Shown piece by piece: positions 9,740-19,761 of a stretch of DNA of 64,000 bases. A program made the translations under genes and the position numbers. Within the stretch, counting starts at the first letter, position 1. Every line of letters begins with the position of its first letter. Under the pieces are notes generated by a model that ran no database searches, was not told where the DNA came from, and saw nothing but the letters and a program-made list of their open reading frames with translations. The stretch spans positions 1 to 64,000 of the forward strand of contig JAQBGU010000099.1 of assembly GCA_032128375.1 (NCBI GenBank), read 5' to 3'. This DNA comes from Deltaproteobacteria bacterium (GTDB taxonomy: Bacteria; Myxococcota_A; UBA9160; SMWR01).

Positions 9740-10774
9740 TCATCGAATCAATCTCCTTCTTCTTCGCCTCGCTAATGCAGCGAGGCACCAGCAAGAACCC
9801 GCGCCTACAGCAAAACTACTTCCGGCGCTCGGTTCGGGAACCGAATAGAGGGTGGGGAGGAAGTCGTCATTGACCCAGACTGGATTGCGAGCAGGATCGC
9901 CAGACAAATCTCGAATGCCCACCGGAGCCGCACCTGACCCCGTGGGTGTCGGATTCGGGTTGTGATACCAGAGGCCTGTTCCTAGCGACCCGACTCCCTT
10001 CGTGAGCTGCGCGTCGTCACCGGCCTGGTCGATGATTTCCTGCTGGGAGAGTGGTCTCGCCCAGATTTTCAGGTTCCGAAATGTTCCGGACATTTTTTCA
10101 TTGCCGAAACACCATGGAGCGTTGCCAAAATACAGCACTTCGTCTGTAAGTGGAGCCTCTTGGCTGCCATATCCACTAGCCGATACGACCTGAACAACAT
10201 CGAAACTGTCAACGCTCGGCAGGTTGGTGTAGAAGGTTGCCACATGCTGCCCCGCGCTGATCCCTTTAGCCGGGGACGGTTCGATCACCAGCGCTTGCTT
10301 GAACCAGATACCCGTCTTCACGATTTCGCTTTGGGTCGGAGGAGGGTTTCTCTGGTTGTACGGTCCAGTCCTCACCTCGTCCCCCCCGTTTCGCATGCCA
10401 GCGATCTCCCAATAGGCGTTGGGCATGTTGACTCCGCTGGGCTGCGGGAATGGGTGCGCTCCATAGTACGTCTCATACGGACTCTCGAAGTCGCCATCGC
10501 CTTTTGAGTAGAAAAAGGTGGTGTAGTACCCGACCTGATAGTTGGATTTGAGTTCCCAGGTGTAGGTCACCCCAATATCATCGGGCCCGAACCAATGTAG
10601 TCCGTTCTGAGACGGAAAATCCCACTTGAAGGCCACGGTCTCATCGAGGTGGTCGTCGACTTCCATGTATTTGCAAAGGGCTCCATCCGAGTTGTCAGAT
10701 GGGAAGACGAGCCCTGTTTCTGCGTCGGCAGATAAGGCGAACAGTAGAACTGGAATCAATACGAGGGCTCTCAC
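9740..10774 (-). CDS. PEP-CTERM-sorted surface protein, probable LamG/concanavalin-like domain
   Basis: Signal peptide; GTFRNLKIWARPLSQQEI; C-terminal VPEPS + hydrophobic stretch + RRRRRR. Confidence 0.8.
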   Translation of the reverse strand: MRALVLIPVLLFALSADAETGLVFPSDNSDGALCKYMEVDDHLDETVAFKWDFPSQNGLHWFGPDDIGVTYTWELKSNYQVGYYTTFFYSKGDGDFESPYETYYGAHPFPQPSGVNMPNAYWEIAGMRNGGDEVRTGPYNQRNPPPTQSEIVKTGIWFKQALVIEPSPAKGISAGQHVATFYTNLPSVDSFDVVQVVSASGYGSQEAPLTDEVLYFGNAPWCFGNEKMSGTFRNLKIWARPLSQQEIIDQAGDDAQLTKGVGSLGTGLWYHNPNPTPTGSGAAPVGIRDLSGDPARNPVWVNDDFLPTLYSVPEPSAGSSFAVGAGSCWCLAALARRRRRRLIR

Positions 10775-11523
10775 TCGAACTTTCCTCCCTTCAAGTTTCC
10801 ACCACTAGAGAAGGAGTGAACCCACCGCCAGCGCCGACGAATGTACGCGGCACACATTCAGCCGAGCCTACCGTTGCCTTCATCTCACCAATCCACAAAT
10901 TGCCAGCGACTGCAGTGGGTCACTCATCGCAGGAGTGAATGAACCCAGTTGTCATAGAATTCCGTGTCACAGGGCGTCGGGTGGTCATCGTTCATAACAT
11001 TTGTGCCGGATAGCATTATGCCTGAATCAGCGTCTATTTGTACACCATCAATTTCAGCGTTTTGCTCACCGTCAGCGACGCCATCCAGTAGATAGCAGTC
11101 GATAGCCTTAATCCTATTGATGAATCCTATTGTACTCTCACTGTATGGCTTACACCAATTGTATAGTTTTACTCCTATTGCGTAACCATCACAATCGAGA
11201 TGGTCCGAATTTGTGCTTGGATCCGATTCGACCCGCCAGCTCGGTCACATTCGAAATGTCGGGAGAGCCATTGACCGCGCCAACTTACTCCGCGAAACGA
11301 CCCCGTATGGGAATCGCAATCGGCCCTATCATGACGCGCGGATGACACTCGACCGAATCGGGCATGACCGTCGCGGCTCGGACCGAAGAGGAATAATCGC
11401 GCACATGATCCTTCCGGAATAGGCGTCCGATTCATCTCCGACTTGCTTGAAGTCGAGGGCACCCTGCGCTCCGGCCGCCATCGCTTCTCGGCTGGGACTG
11501 CAGCGACGTTTCTCTTCGGATCT

Positions 11524-12564
11524 CTACTGGGCAGTGCTATGTGAAGCCGGTGGGCTGTTGCGCTGCGGCGTGGCGTTCGCTTGACCCGGCGGACGCCCGG
11601 TCGCAGCTTCAACAGAAACGAGCCGTTCGGGTGTCTGCTGAATCTCCACCTCCAGCTCCAGTCGTTTCAGATTCGGGCTTCCCGCCGGTCGGACACTTCG
11701 AACCCGATCCATCTCATCGGTCAGCTCATTTCGGACGCGCTCCAGCGCTGCATCGGCTTCTCGGGTCGCTGCGAGTACCGCTCTGTCACATCGTCGATGC
11801 ACGGCTGGGAGAAGATCCCGCGCGATTGCCTGGGAGATTTGCATAGCAGCCGCGCGCGCGTTGTTCCTGTCGAACAGGCGCAGCGAATGCATCCCGGAGA
11901 ACGCCACTCTCTTGCCATCGACCTCCTTGTAAGTCGCCGTGAATCGGATCCCGCCCCCTTTGATCTCTGGCATCGCCCGCACGACTGTGCTCCATGCCGA
12001 CTCGGAGCCGTTGTCGAGTACCAGGCTGCTGGTCCACCAATAGTGCGAATCATTGCCGTCGACGATCACGAAGCCCGCGTCGGACAAGGAAGTCGAGAGC
12101 AGTTCGCGCAGCGGCTTCTGGTAGGCCTCATCGAGTCCGTGGGGAGATTGGACGACCAGGCGCAAGTACGGGCAATCCGGATCCAGCGTGGTCGTTGGAT
12201 CCGGTTCGATCGCCAGGCGCTCGATCGAGTGCTCTGCCTGGGGTTCGACGCCGGACTCGGCCGAAGCGGGCGAAGGCGTCGCCTGCAAGGCCCAAGCCGC
12301 GGCAAGGATCAACAGACGGAAGGGTCCCAAGTTTCGTCCGGCTGCCGCGAAAAGCTGGCCTGTCCCATCCCTATTCCTGACCCCGTTAGCTGTCGATATC
12401 ACTTCAGCACCTCCATGAATGCGCTTGGCGTCTTCGTCCAAAACGAACCCACCAACGTATTGCCACCCGACGAAAAGCGGGCGGTGGCGAGCCCGCGGTG
12501 CCATGCTGCGCGCAGGCAGTGCCGTGAGAACAATTGGAACGAGCTGCACGGCCGCGGGTCGCAC
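11524..12564 (-). CDS. Hypothetical, probably exported protein (true start likely near 12330)
   Basis: Long ORF with an internal signal-peptide-like LLILAAAWALQATPSPASA; no family recognised. Confidence 0.5.
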   Translation of the reverse strand: MRPAAVQLVPIVLTALPARSMAPRARHRPLFVGWQYVGGFVLDEDAKRIHGGAEVISTANGVRNRDGTGQLFAAAGRNLGPFRLLILAAAWALQATPSPASAESGVEPQAEHSIERLAIEPDPTTTLDPDCPYLRLVVQSPHGLDEAYQKPLRELLSTSLSDAGFVIVDGNDSHYWWTSSLVLDNGSESAWSTVVRAMPEIKGGGIRFTATYKEVDGKRVAFSGMHSLRLFDRNNARAAAMQISQAIARDLLPAVHRRCDRAVLAATREADAALERVRNELTDEMDRVRSVRPAGSPNLKRLELEVEIQQTPERLVSVEAATGRPPGQANATPQRNSPPASHSTAQ

Positions 12565-13127
12565 CGCTGCCAGCTCTCCGGAATCAGCGGTAACACTTCT
12601 CAGCGGCCAGACCGTCGGCGAACCTGAGGCGCGAGCTCTTGCATCGGCGCGACGACATCAGAAGCCCGGGAGCGACCCACCTTGACAGCAGGGGCCAACA
12701 CCCAGTTCGGTGCGCGGCATACGCTAGCCGCCCGTTCTGCGCCCCAGTGATCGTCTGGATAGTGGAAATCGATTGTGTCGAGATTTCCGTTGGCGCTGCT
12801 CCCTGCGCTAAGAATGTCCAAGAACTGCGCGACGCGGGCTATCGTTTTGGATGCGGAGCGAACCACGACCGATCGGAAAGGAGGGTAGGCTCCTTTTTCG
12901 GTTGGAGAATCACGAGCAGAACGGTTCGCCACGGAGGGAGAATCGGCGGTGCCGCTCATGGTCGACAGTTTTGCAACCGTTGCGGAACTTGCGGAGGCAG
13001 TCGTCGCATGTTGCCGAAAGCAAAAGCGCTGAGAATTTGAGATGATGAGAGTCAGAAGGCGGATGCCGATCGGCGCGAGCCATGAAGCGACCTGGGCGCT
13101 CGGAGTCGGACGTGAGACCCCGGGCGG

Positions 13128-14345
13128 GTGGACATGGCAATCACTTCTCAATCGGTCGACCGATCCAAGCTGAGACGCATCGCGCTGGCAAGGCAAGGGC
13201 TCGCCCACCGGAACCCGTTCGGGCGGGGCCGAGCCGCAACGCTTCGGGCCATTCGCCACCTCGGCTACGTACAGATCGATACGATTGCCGTCGTCGTGCG
13301 CGCCCACAACCACACCTTGCGAACCCGTGTGGCCAACTTCGAGCCTCACCACATCGACAGGTTGTTCGAGGAGCGATCCATCTTCGAATACCGGTTCCCG
13401 GTCGCCGCGTTTCGACCCATGGCTGACTACCGCTTCGCCCTTGCGCACATTCGCGCAATGCGGGCAAGGCAGATCTCCAGTGAAGATTTTCGAGCGATGA
13501 AGCGCGTACTCGATCGCGTCCGCGCCGAGGGCCCACTGAAGTCGCGGGACTTCGACGATCCGCGATCATCGAGAAAGGGCTGGTGGGACTGGAAGCCAGC
13601 CAAACGCGCGTTGGAAAGGCTCTTCTACAGCGGCGAGCTGATGATCAGCGCGCGTGAGGATTTTCAGAAGTCATACGATCTGACCGAGCGCGTCTTACCC
13701 TCTTCCGTTGACGCTAGCGAGCCAACATTGGAAGAGTCCGCCAAACACCTCATCGACAACACACTGCGGGCACATGGCATTGCGACCTTGAAATCCTTCG
13801 CACGCGAAGGTCGCCTGACTCCTCTGCGTGGCTCGATCAAGGCCGAAATCGAGCGCCGCACGGCCGAGGGCGACCTGCGAAAATTCACCATGAACGACGG
13901 AAGCCACTGGTGGGGAGAAACCGAAGCTCTCGACTCCCGCGCACCCAGGGCGGGACGGATCGCTCTGCTGTCGCCGTTCGATAACTTGGTGATTCAACGT
14001 GAGCGGATCCGCGAGTTGTTCGGCTTCGATTTTCTGATCGAATGCTACGTGCCGGAAGCGAAGCGTCGTTTTGGATACTTCTGCCTGCCGATCCTTCATT
14101 GCGACCGACTCATTGGCCGCATGGACTGCAAATCCCATCGCGATCAGAAGCGCTTCCAGGTCAAGTCGCTGTTCCTGGAGCCCGCGGTTGCCAGTCGACT
14201 TCGCTTCGTGCAGGTCGTCGACGCAGTTGCGCGCGCGATCGTCGAGTTCGCGCGTTTCGACGCCTGCGACGATGTGGTCGTGAGCCGAACGGAGCCCGCC
14301 TTTGCACTGCAGCCTCTGCGAAGGGCGATTGGCCGACTGTGTTGA
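13128..14345 (+). CDS. ycaQ: YcaQ/AlkZ-family crosslink-repair DNA glycosylase
   Basis: LGYVQIDTI, WWDWKPAK, LSPFDNL, CYVPEAKRRFGYFCLPIL. Confidence 0.88.
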   Translation: MDMAITSQSVDRSKLRRIALARQGLAHRNPFGRGRAATLRAIRHLGYVQIDTIAVVVRAHNHTLRTRVANFEPHHIDRLFEERSIFEYRFPVAAFRPMADYRFALAHIRAMRARQISSEDFRAMKRVLDRVRAEGPLKSRDFDDPRSSRKGWWDWKPAKRALERLFYSGELMISAREDFQKSYDLTERVLPSSVDASEPTLEESAKHLIDNTLRAHGIATLKSFAREGRLTPLRGSIKAEIERRTAEGDLRKFTMNDGSHWWGETEALDSRAPRAGRIALLSPFDNLVIQRERIRELFGFDFLIECYVPEAKRRFGYFCLPILHCDRLIGRMDCKSHRDQKRFQVKSLFLEPAVASRLRFVQVVDAVARAIVEFARFDACDDVVVSRTEPAFALQPLRRAIGRLC

Positions 14346-14364
14346 TCGGCCTCCCTACACCTGT

Positions 14365-14503
14365 ATATGACGCAACGATGGTCGAGCTCTTCCATCATGG
14401 CTTCGAACGATTGGGCGCAGAAGCAGCCGACAACCTGCAGGGTTACGAAGAGGGTTGGGACATCAAGCACCTGAAAGCGCTGCGCTCGATCGTAACTTCG
14501 TAG
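14365..14503 (+). pseudogene. C-terminal fragment of an SRPBCC/AHSA1-like protein
   Basis: TMVELFHHGFERLG...YEEGW...L.AL; no N-terminus. Confidence 0.5.
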
Positions 14504-14671
14504 CAGCGACGCAGCCGTGGCCGAATGCAGGCGACATCGCGAGCAACGACACATGTCGAGCCGAACTCGCCGCGCATGGTAACGTTCTGTGCGGACGGCT
14601 GCGAGATCGCCGAAGCGGCCGATCGAGACCTTTCGCGCTACCACCAGCATCCACACGAGGACTGAAAAATC

Positions 14672-15583
14672 ATGACCCAGGAAATCCAGGTGGTTCGGCT
14701 GTCCGGTTCACTCGGCGCAGAGATTCGGGGTTTAGCATTGGCGCGGCCTGGCGCGACCCTGGCCGAGACTGTCTCCGACCTGCTGACCGAGCACCTGGTG
14801 CTGTTCTTCCCAGAACAGCATCTGAGCGAGTCGGAACATCTCGCATTCGCGAGAAATTTCGGCGCGCTCGAAGGCCATCCGAATTTGAACAACCCCTTTT
14901 CCGAATCAAACGAAATCTTCGAGCTTGCCGCCACCCAAGGCGGGATCGCCGATGAGTGGCACAGCGACATCACCTTTGCCGAGCATCCCTCCATCCTGTC
15001 GATCCTCAACATGGTGAGGTGTCCCGAGGTCGGGGGCGACACGATGTGGGCCAACATGTACAAGGCCTACGAAGAGCTGTCGGAACCGCTGCGAGAACTA
15101 TGCGAGGGACTCTCGGCACTTCACGACGCGGACCCGCACGGCAAGGCGGACCAGACCAGCATTCACCCCGTGGTGCGCGTCCACCCCGTCACTGGACGCA
15201 AGTCCCTGTTCGTCAACGAGCACTTCACCCGAAGGATCGTCGAACTCAGCCACGAGGAGAGCCGAATGCTACTCGGCTACCTTACGCGCTGGGTCGCGAA
15301 CCCCCGCTTCACGGTCCGATACCGCTGGAGCAAGGGCACGATCGCGATGTGGGACAACCGATGCACGCAACACTTCGTGATCAACGATTTCGACGAGGAA
15401 CGGGTCATTCAACGCGCCACCGTGATGGGCGACATACCCCAGGCCGCCAGGCCGCCGCGCTTCCCGCCGCATGTCCGGTCCGGTAGAGCTGGAGCATCCA
15501 GCCGGCACGACCGCCAACTCAACCGCCATCTGGGACGCATCGAGCGGACCCTGGAATCGAACCGAAAGTCTGAACCGGAGTAG
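14672..15583 (+). CDS. TauD/TfdA-family Fe(II)/2-oxoglutarate dioxygenase
   Basis: WHSDITF, GGDT, HPVVRVHPVTGRK, WDNRCTQH. Confidence 0.93.
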   Translation: MTQEIQVVRLSGSLGAEIRGLALARPGATLAETVSDLLTEHLVLFFPEQHLSESEHLAFARNFGALEGHPNLNNPFSESNEIFELAATQGGIADEWHSDITFAEHPSILSILNMVRCPEVGGDTMWANMYKAYEELSEPLRELCEGLSALHDADPHGKADQTSIHPVVRVHPVTGRKSLFVNEHFTRRIVELSHEESRMLLGYLTRWVANPRFTVRYRWSKGTIAMWDNRCTQHFVINDFDEERVIQRATVMGDIPQAARPPRFPPHVRSGRAGASSRHDRQLNRHLGRIERTLESNRKSEPE

Positions 15584-15606
15584 TATTCACAGGGAGTAGT
15601 CTCTAG

Positions 15607-16587
15607 ATGAAAAAGCGCGCCTTCGACCCGGAGCTCGAAGCCGTCCTCCCGCTTCTACCGGCGATTAGCGACCTGTCCAGCCTCGAAAAAGTGCTCGAAA
15701 TGCGCGCCGGTGCTGCCGCCTTGAGCATTCCAGCTCCGGATCGCGATGACGTCACCAAAGAAGACCGCAGAGTTCCGGGCCCATCCGACGCGCCGGAAGT
15801 GCCGATCCGAATCTATCGTCCCGCCCGGCACAATCACGATTCAGATTCTCATCGCCCGGCCGTGCTCGAGATTCATGGTGGCGGATTCCTGATGGGCAGC
15901 ATCGAGATGATGGACCCGTGGTGCCAGCAGGTCGCGGCAACAATCGACGCGGTTGTCGCCTCGGTCGAGTACCGGCTCGCGCCAGAAGACCCGTATCCGG
16001 CCGGGCTCGAAGACTGCTATGCGGCGTTGTTGTATATCGCGTCTAACGCGGAGTCATTGGGGATCGACCCGACACGAATCGCGGTCGCAGGCCAGAGTGC
16101 CGGCGGCGGGCTCGCCGCCGCGACAGCGCTCCTGGCGCGCGACCGCGGTGGGCCAGCGCTGTGTTTCCAGCTTCTGGAGATACCGAAACTCGACGACCGC
16201 CTCGACACACCCTCGATGTTGGCTTTCGACGACACGCCACTGTGGAATCGCCCGAATGCAGTCTGGAGCTGGCGCCACTACCTCGGCGCGAATCACGAAG
16301 GCGATGTTTCGCAGTACGCAGCACCGGCGCGCGCTCAGAACCTGGCGAACCTGCCCGCCGCGTACATTTCAACGATGGAGTTCGACCCGCTTCGCGACGA
16401 AGGAATTCTCTACGGGCTTCGCCTGTTGCAAGCCGGCGTGTCTGTCGAACTACATTCGTACCCCGGTACCTTCCACGGCTCAGCGCTCGTGCCGACCGCC
16501 TCAGTCTCGAAGCGGGGAACCGCCGAGACCTTCCATGTGCTCGCGCGAAGACTCGCACCGCCGATAAGCGACGCCAGCAACGATTGA
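15607..16587 (+). CDS. HSL-family alpha/beta hydrolase (esterase/lipase)
   Basis: HGGGF, YRLAPE, GQSAG, FDPLRDEG, H in GTFHG. Confidence 0.93.
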   Translation: MKKRAFDPELEAVLPLLPAISDLSSLEKVLEMRAGAAALSIPAPDRDDVTKEDRRVPGPSDAPEVPIRIYRPARHNHDSDSHRPAVLEIHGGGFLMGSIEMMDPWCQQVAATIDAVVASVEYRLAPEDPYPAGLEDCYAALLYIASNAESLGIDPTRIAVAGQSAGGGLAAATALLARDRGGPALCFQLLEIPKLDDRLDTPSMLAFDDTPLWNRPNAVWSWRHYLGANHEGDVSQYAAPARAQNLANLPAAYISTMEFDPLRDEGILYGLRLLQAGVSVELHSYPGTFHGSALVPTASVSKRGTAETFHVLARRLAPPISDASND

Positions 16588-16695
16588 ATCACGAATCGAT
16601 CGCCCGCGGTGTCGAGTAGCAGGCGATCTTTATGATACCCGTGCAACCGTTTTCGCTAAATCAAGGCACTTCGCACTGGCGCCGATACGCCCTGC

Positions 16696-17025
16696 ATGGG
16701 TTCCAACAAGAGACAGTTTCGACGCGAGAGGCGGCGGATGGCCTGCAAGTTCGAACACGGCGGGCACGACTGCAACGGTATCGTCTTTGATCTATCGGCA
16801 CGCGGAATGTTCATTTGCACCACGAAACAACCCGCAATTGGAACCGAGATCAAGATTCTGCTTCACGAGCCAGCCAGCGGTGAGATCACACTCCGCTGTC
16901 GCGTAGCACGCCTGCGAAAGAGCCACAGTTCCGCAGCCGCCATCATCGCTGCTGGCTTTGGCGTGGAGATCGACTACGCCCCGGAAGCGTTCTTCGAGTT
17001 ACTGGTCGAAATGGGGTTGGGATGA
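16696..17025 (+). CDS. PilZ-domain protein
   Basis: Arg-rich RxxxR segment and DLSARG motif; GFGVE. Confidence 0.75.
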   Translation: MGSNKRQFRRERRRMACKFEHGGHDCNGIVFDLSARGMFICTTKQPAIGTEIKILLHEPASGEITLRCRVARLRKSHSSAAAIIAAGFGVEIDYAPEAFFELLVEMGLG

Positions 17026-17040
17026 GCGGACGGCAATCCC

Positions 17041-17598
17041 CTACTTTTCAAATTTCCGTGCGAATTCGTGTAGCGCCTCGGCTTCGAGAAAGGTGAAATC
17101 CGTTTGTCCGAGTCGAACGCTGTCGCCCGTCTTCAGGTCGATGGGAGAGCCGGCGCCCTGAGTCGGTACCGTGAGCCCGTTGACCGTCGTTCCATTGCTG
17201 GAACCGGCATCGAGCAATTGATACCTGCCGTCGCTTCCGCGCTTGAAGTACGCATGGAATCTCGAAACGCTGATGTCTGGAATCGTCACATCGTTCTTTG
17301 ATGTGCGGCCCACCGTGATCAGGTGGGTATGCGAGGGCCGGGCCGGCCGAACCGGGAACACCAGCACGCTTACGCCAGCCGTCCGTTCACCGGCATCTTC
17401 GGGCGCATCGAGCAGCATCATCTCGGTCGACGTATTCCCGCCGTCGGGCCTGAAACCGGCCGCAGTCAAAAGCAGGAAGGCACCGCCGTGGCGATCTTCG
17501 AAGGCATCGCACGCGAGCGCGCGCGCATCATCTCGAAAATCTTCGATTCTCTGGCCCGACCCTATCGCGCCCGTTTCGTTCGCGGATTGGATGTTCAT
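17041..17598 (-). CDS. FHA-domain protein
   Basis: VGR...ND....SVSRFHA...D.GSSNGT.VNG. Confidence 0.88.
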   Translation of the reverse strand: MNIQSANETGAIGSGQRIEDFRDDARALACDAFEDRHGGAFLLLTAAGFRPDGGNTSTEMMLLDAPEDAGERTAGVSVLVFPVRPARPSHTHLITVGRTSKNDVTIPDISVSRFHAYFKRGSDGRYQLLDAGSSNGTTVNGLTVPTQGAGSPIDLKTGDSVRLGQTDFTFLEAEALHEFARKFEK

Positions 17599-17640
17599 AC
17601 CACTCCCTGCATGCGATCTCTGATCTCTTCTAGCGAGTCG

Positions 17641-17655
17641 GCACAAATCGTGCCA
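17641..17655 (-). promoter_or_regulatory. Putative sigma-54 promoter
   Basis: TGGCACGATTTGTGC, GG-N10-GC spacing, upstream of the FHA gene. Confidence 0.45.
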
Positions 17656-17703
17656 CGCTTGAGCGACGCTGCCCGTTTCGCCCCGGCCGGGGTGTCGCTG
17701 AAA

Positions 17704-17717
17704 TAGAACGTGTTCTA
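17704..17717. promoter_or_regulatory. KstR-type operator 1
   Basis: TAGAACGTGTTCTA fits TnnAACnnGTTnnA; about 40 bp upstream of the DUF35-ltp operon. Confidence 0.85.
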
Positions 17718-17759
17718 GGATCCGTCTTCGTCAGCGCTTTCTCAGACCGGAGGCCCCCG

Positions 17760-18218
17760 ATGAGCGATAGCCAACGGAACGCCAGCTTCAGTGCAGAGCA
17801 CTCGATCGAATACGCCTACCGGCGCTCGGTTGGATCGATCCTAGGCCGGTTTTTCACCGGGCTTCGCGATCGACAAATCTACGGAACGCGTACCGCGGAT
17901 GGCCGGGTACTCGTCCCGCCGGCGGAGTACGACCCGGACACCGGTGATGCCGTCGACGAAATCGTAGAGGTCGGACCGGCTGGTGTCGTCACGAGTTGGT
18001 CGTGGATCGCGAGTCCGCTCTCCGAGCACCCGCTCGACCGCCCTTTTGCATTCGCGCTGATTCGGCTCGATGGAGCCACCACGAGCATGCTGCATGCGGT
18101 CGACACCGCTGACGAAGCATTGATGCGCACCGGCTTGCGAGTTCGGCCACGCTGGCGTGCCGAAACCCGGGGCGAGATTCTCGATATCCAGTGCTTCGAA
18201 CCCGAGGACAACTCATGA
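17760..18218 (+). CDS. DUF35 OB-fold protein (N-half of Rv3521-like)
   Basis: GTRTADGRVLVPPAEYDP, PFAFALIRLDGA, TGLRV; Zn-ribbon Cys absent. Confidence 0.85.
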   Translation: MSDSQRNASFSAEHSIEYAYRRSVGSILGRFFTGLRDRQIYGTRTADGRVLVPPAEYDPDTGDAVDEIVEVGPAGVVTSWSWIASPLSEHPLDRPFAFALIRLDGATTSMLHAVDTADEALMRTGLRVRPRWRAETRGEILDIQCFEPEDNS

Positions 18219-18703
18219 GGGAACCCGTCAAGAGCATCGTCACACCTGCCCGTTGCGACTACACTTTCACCGTCAGCGGCAAGGCGGCACGATTTTTGGA
18301 AGAGATCAAGCAGGGCCGCATCCTCGGAGTCCGCTGCCCCAATTGCCACAAGGTATACGTACCGGGCAAGGGCACATGCGCGAAGTGCGGCGTCGCGATG
18401 AGTGAAGAGATCTTCGTCAAGGACACCGGTACCGTGACGACGTACTGCGTCGTCCGCGTCCCGTCCGAGAACATCAATCTCGAACTTCCTTACGTGGCGG
18501 CTCACATCGTGCTCGACGGCGCAGACATTCCGTTTTTCGCCCTCGTCCAGGAAATCGACGCGGCGGACATCCGCATGGGAATGCGGGTTGCGGCGGTATG
18601 GGCACCGCGGGAAGAGTGGGACAACACTCTGAACAATATCCGCTACTTCAAACCACTCGACGAACCGGACGTGCCGTTCGACGACTTCAAGGAGCACCTG
18701 TAG
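18215..18703 (+). CDS. DUF35 Zn-ribbon/OB-fold protein (C-half of Rv3521-like)
   Basis: CPNC...CAKC, GTVTTY, RMGMRV; ATGA overlap with previous gene. Confidence 0.88.
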   Translation: MREPVKSIVTPARCDYTFTVSGKAARFLEEIKQGRILGVRCPNCHKVYVPGKGTCAKCGVAMSEEIFVKDTGTVTTYCVVRVPSENINLELPYVAAHIVLDGADIPFFALVQEIDAADIRMGMRVAAVWAPREEWDNTLNNIRYFKPLDEPDVPFDDFKEHL

Positions 18704-18705
18704 CC

Positions 18706-19761
18706 ATGCGGGACGTCGCGATCGTCTCCTACGCGCAGACGCCCTACCTGCGGCGGGAAGACTCACGCAGCGAAGTCGAGATGATCATGTCGGTCGTCCA
18801 CGAGGCCATCGAGAAATCGGGCATCGCCAAAAGTGAGATCGGCTTCACTTGTTCCGGCAGTTCCGATTACCTGGCTGGGCAGGCTTTCGCATTCGTCGGC
18901 GCGGTCGACGCGCTCGGCGCCTGGCCGCCGATCTCGGAATCGCATGTCGAGATGGACGGAGCCTGGGCGCTCTATGAGGCCTGGGTAAAAATCCAATCCG
19001 GTATCTGCGATAGCGCGATGGCGTTTTCGTTCGGCCGCGCGTCGATGGGAAATGTTCGCTCGGTCCTCGGCCTTCAACTCGATCCGTATACATTGGCCCC
19101 GCTGGGCGTGGACGCGGTCAGCATCGCCGCGTTGCAGGCCCGAGCACTGCTCGACGCGGGCAAGTACACCGAAGCCGACATGGCCGAGGTCGCGGTGCGG
19201 TCGCGGCGCAACGCGAAGGACAACCCCGACGCACAGCTCGCGGGCGACTTCGAAGTCAGTAAGTTGCTCGCCGAACCCTACATCGCGTCGCCGCTCCGCA
19301 AGCACGACTGTCCACCGATCACCGATGGCGCTGCCGCCATCGTGATCGCCGCCGCAGACGTCGCGCGCGCTGTGTGCCAGACGCCGGTTTGGATTCGCGG
19401 GATCGACCACCGGCTCGATACCCACCAGCCGGGTGGACGAAACCTGACGGTTTCTGCGTCGACGACACTCGCTGCGCAGAAGGCCGGCGCGGCGGATGGC
19501 GTCATCGAGTTCGCTGAACTGCAGGCTCCGTTCACCCACCAGGAGTTGATCTTGCGCGATTCTCTTGGTCTCGCAGACAGCGTTCGCGTCAACCCGTCGG
19601 GCGGTGCGCTGGCAGCCAACCCGATCCTGGTCGCCGGGCTCGCGCGCATAGGGGAAGCTGCCCGACACATCACTTCGGGCAAGGCCTCACGCGGGATCGC
19701 TCACGCGACCCAGGGGCCGTGTCTTCAACAGAACCTCGTGTGCGTACTGGAGGGGAACTGA
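18706..19761 (+). CDS. ltp4: Thiolase-fold lipid-transfer protein, Ltp4-like
   Basis: CSGSSDYLAG, ESHVEMDGAWALYEA, NPSGGAL, SCP2-thiolase fold; gene order as in the mycobacterial cluster. Confidence 0.8.
   Translation: MRDVAIVSYAQTPYLRREDSRSEVEMIMSVVHEAIEKSGIAKSEIGFTCSGSSDYLAGQAFAFVGAVDALGAWPPISESHVEMDGAWALYEAWVKIQSGICDSAMAFSFGRASMGNVRSVLGLQLDPYTLAPLGVDAVSIAALQARALLDAGKYTEADMAEVAVRSRRNAKDNPDAQLAGDFEVSKLLAEPYIASPLRKHDCPPITDGAAAIVIAAADVARAVCQTPVWIRGIDHRLDTHQPGGRNLTVSASTTLAAQKAGAADGVIEFAELQAPFTHQELILRDSLGLADSVRVNPSGGALAANPILVAGLARIGEAARHITSGKASRGIAHATQGPCLQQNLVCVLEGN

Noticed and set aside
12600..13120. ORFs between the hypothetical gene and ycaQ
   Set aside because: No recognisable motifs; the longest is largely the antisense shadow of ycaQ
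16661..16688. Sigma-28-like promoter TCAAG-N15-GCCGATAC before the PilZ gene
   Set aside because: Plausible but short, with spacing uncertain and very close to the start codon; not supportable without data
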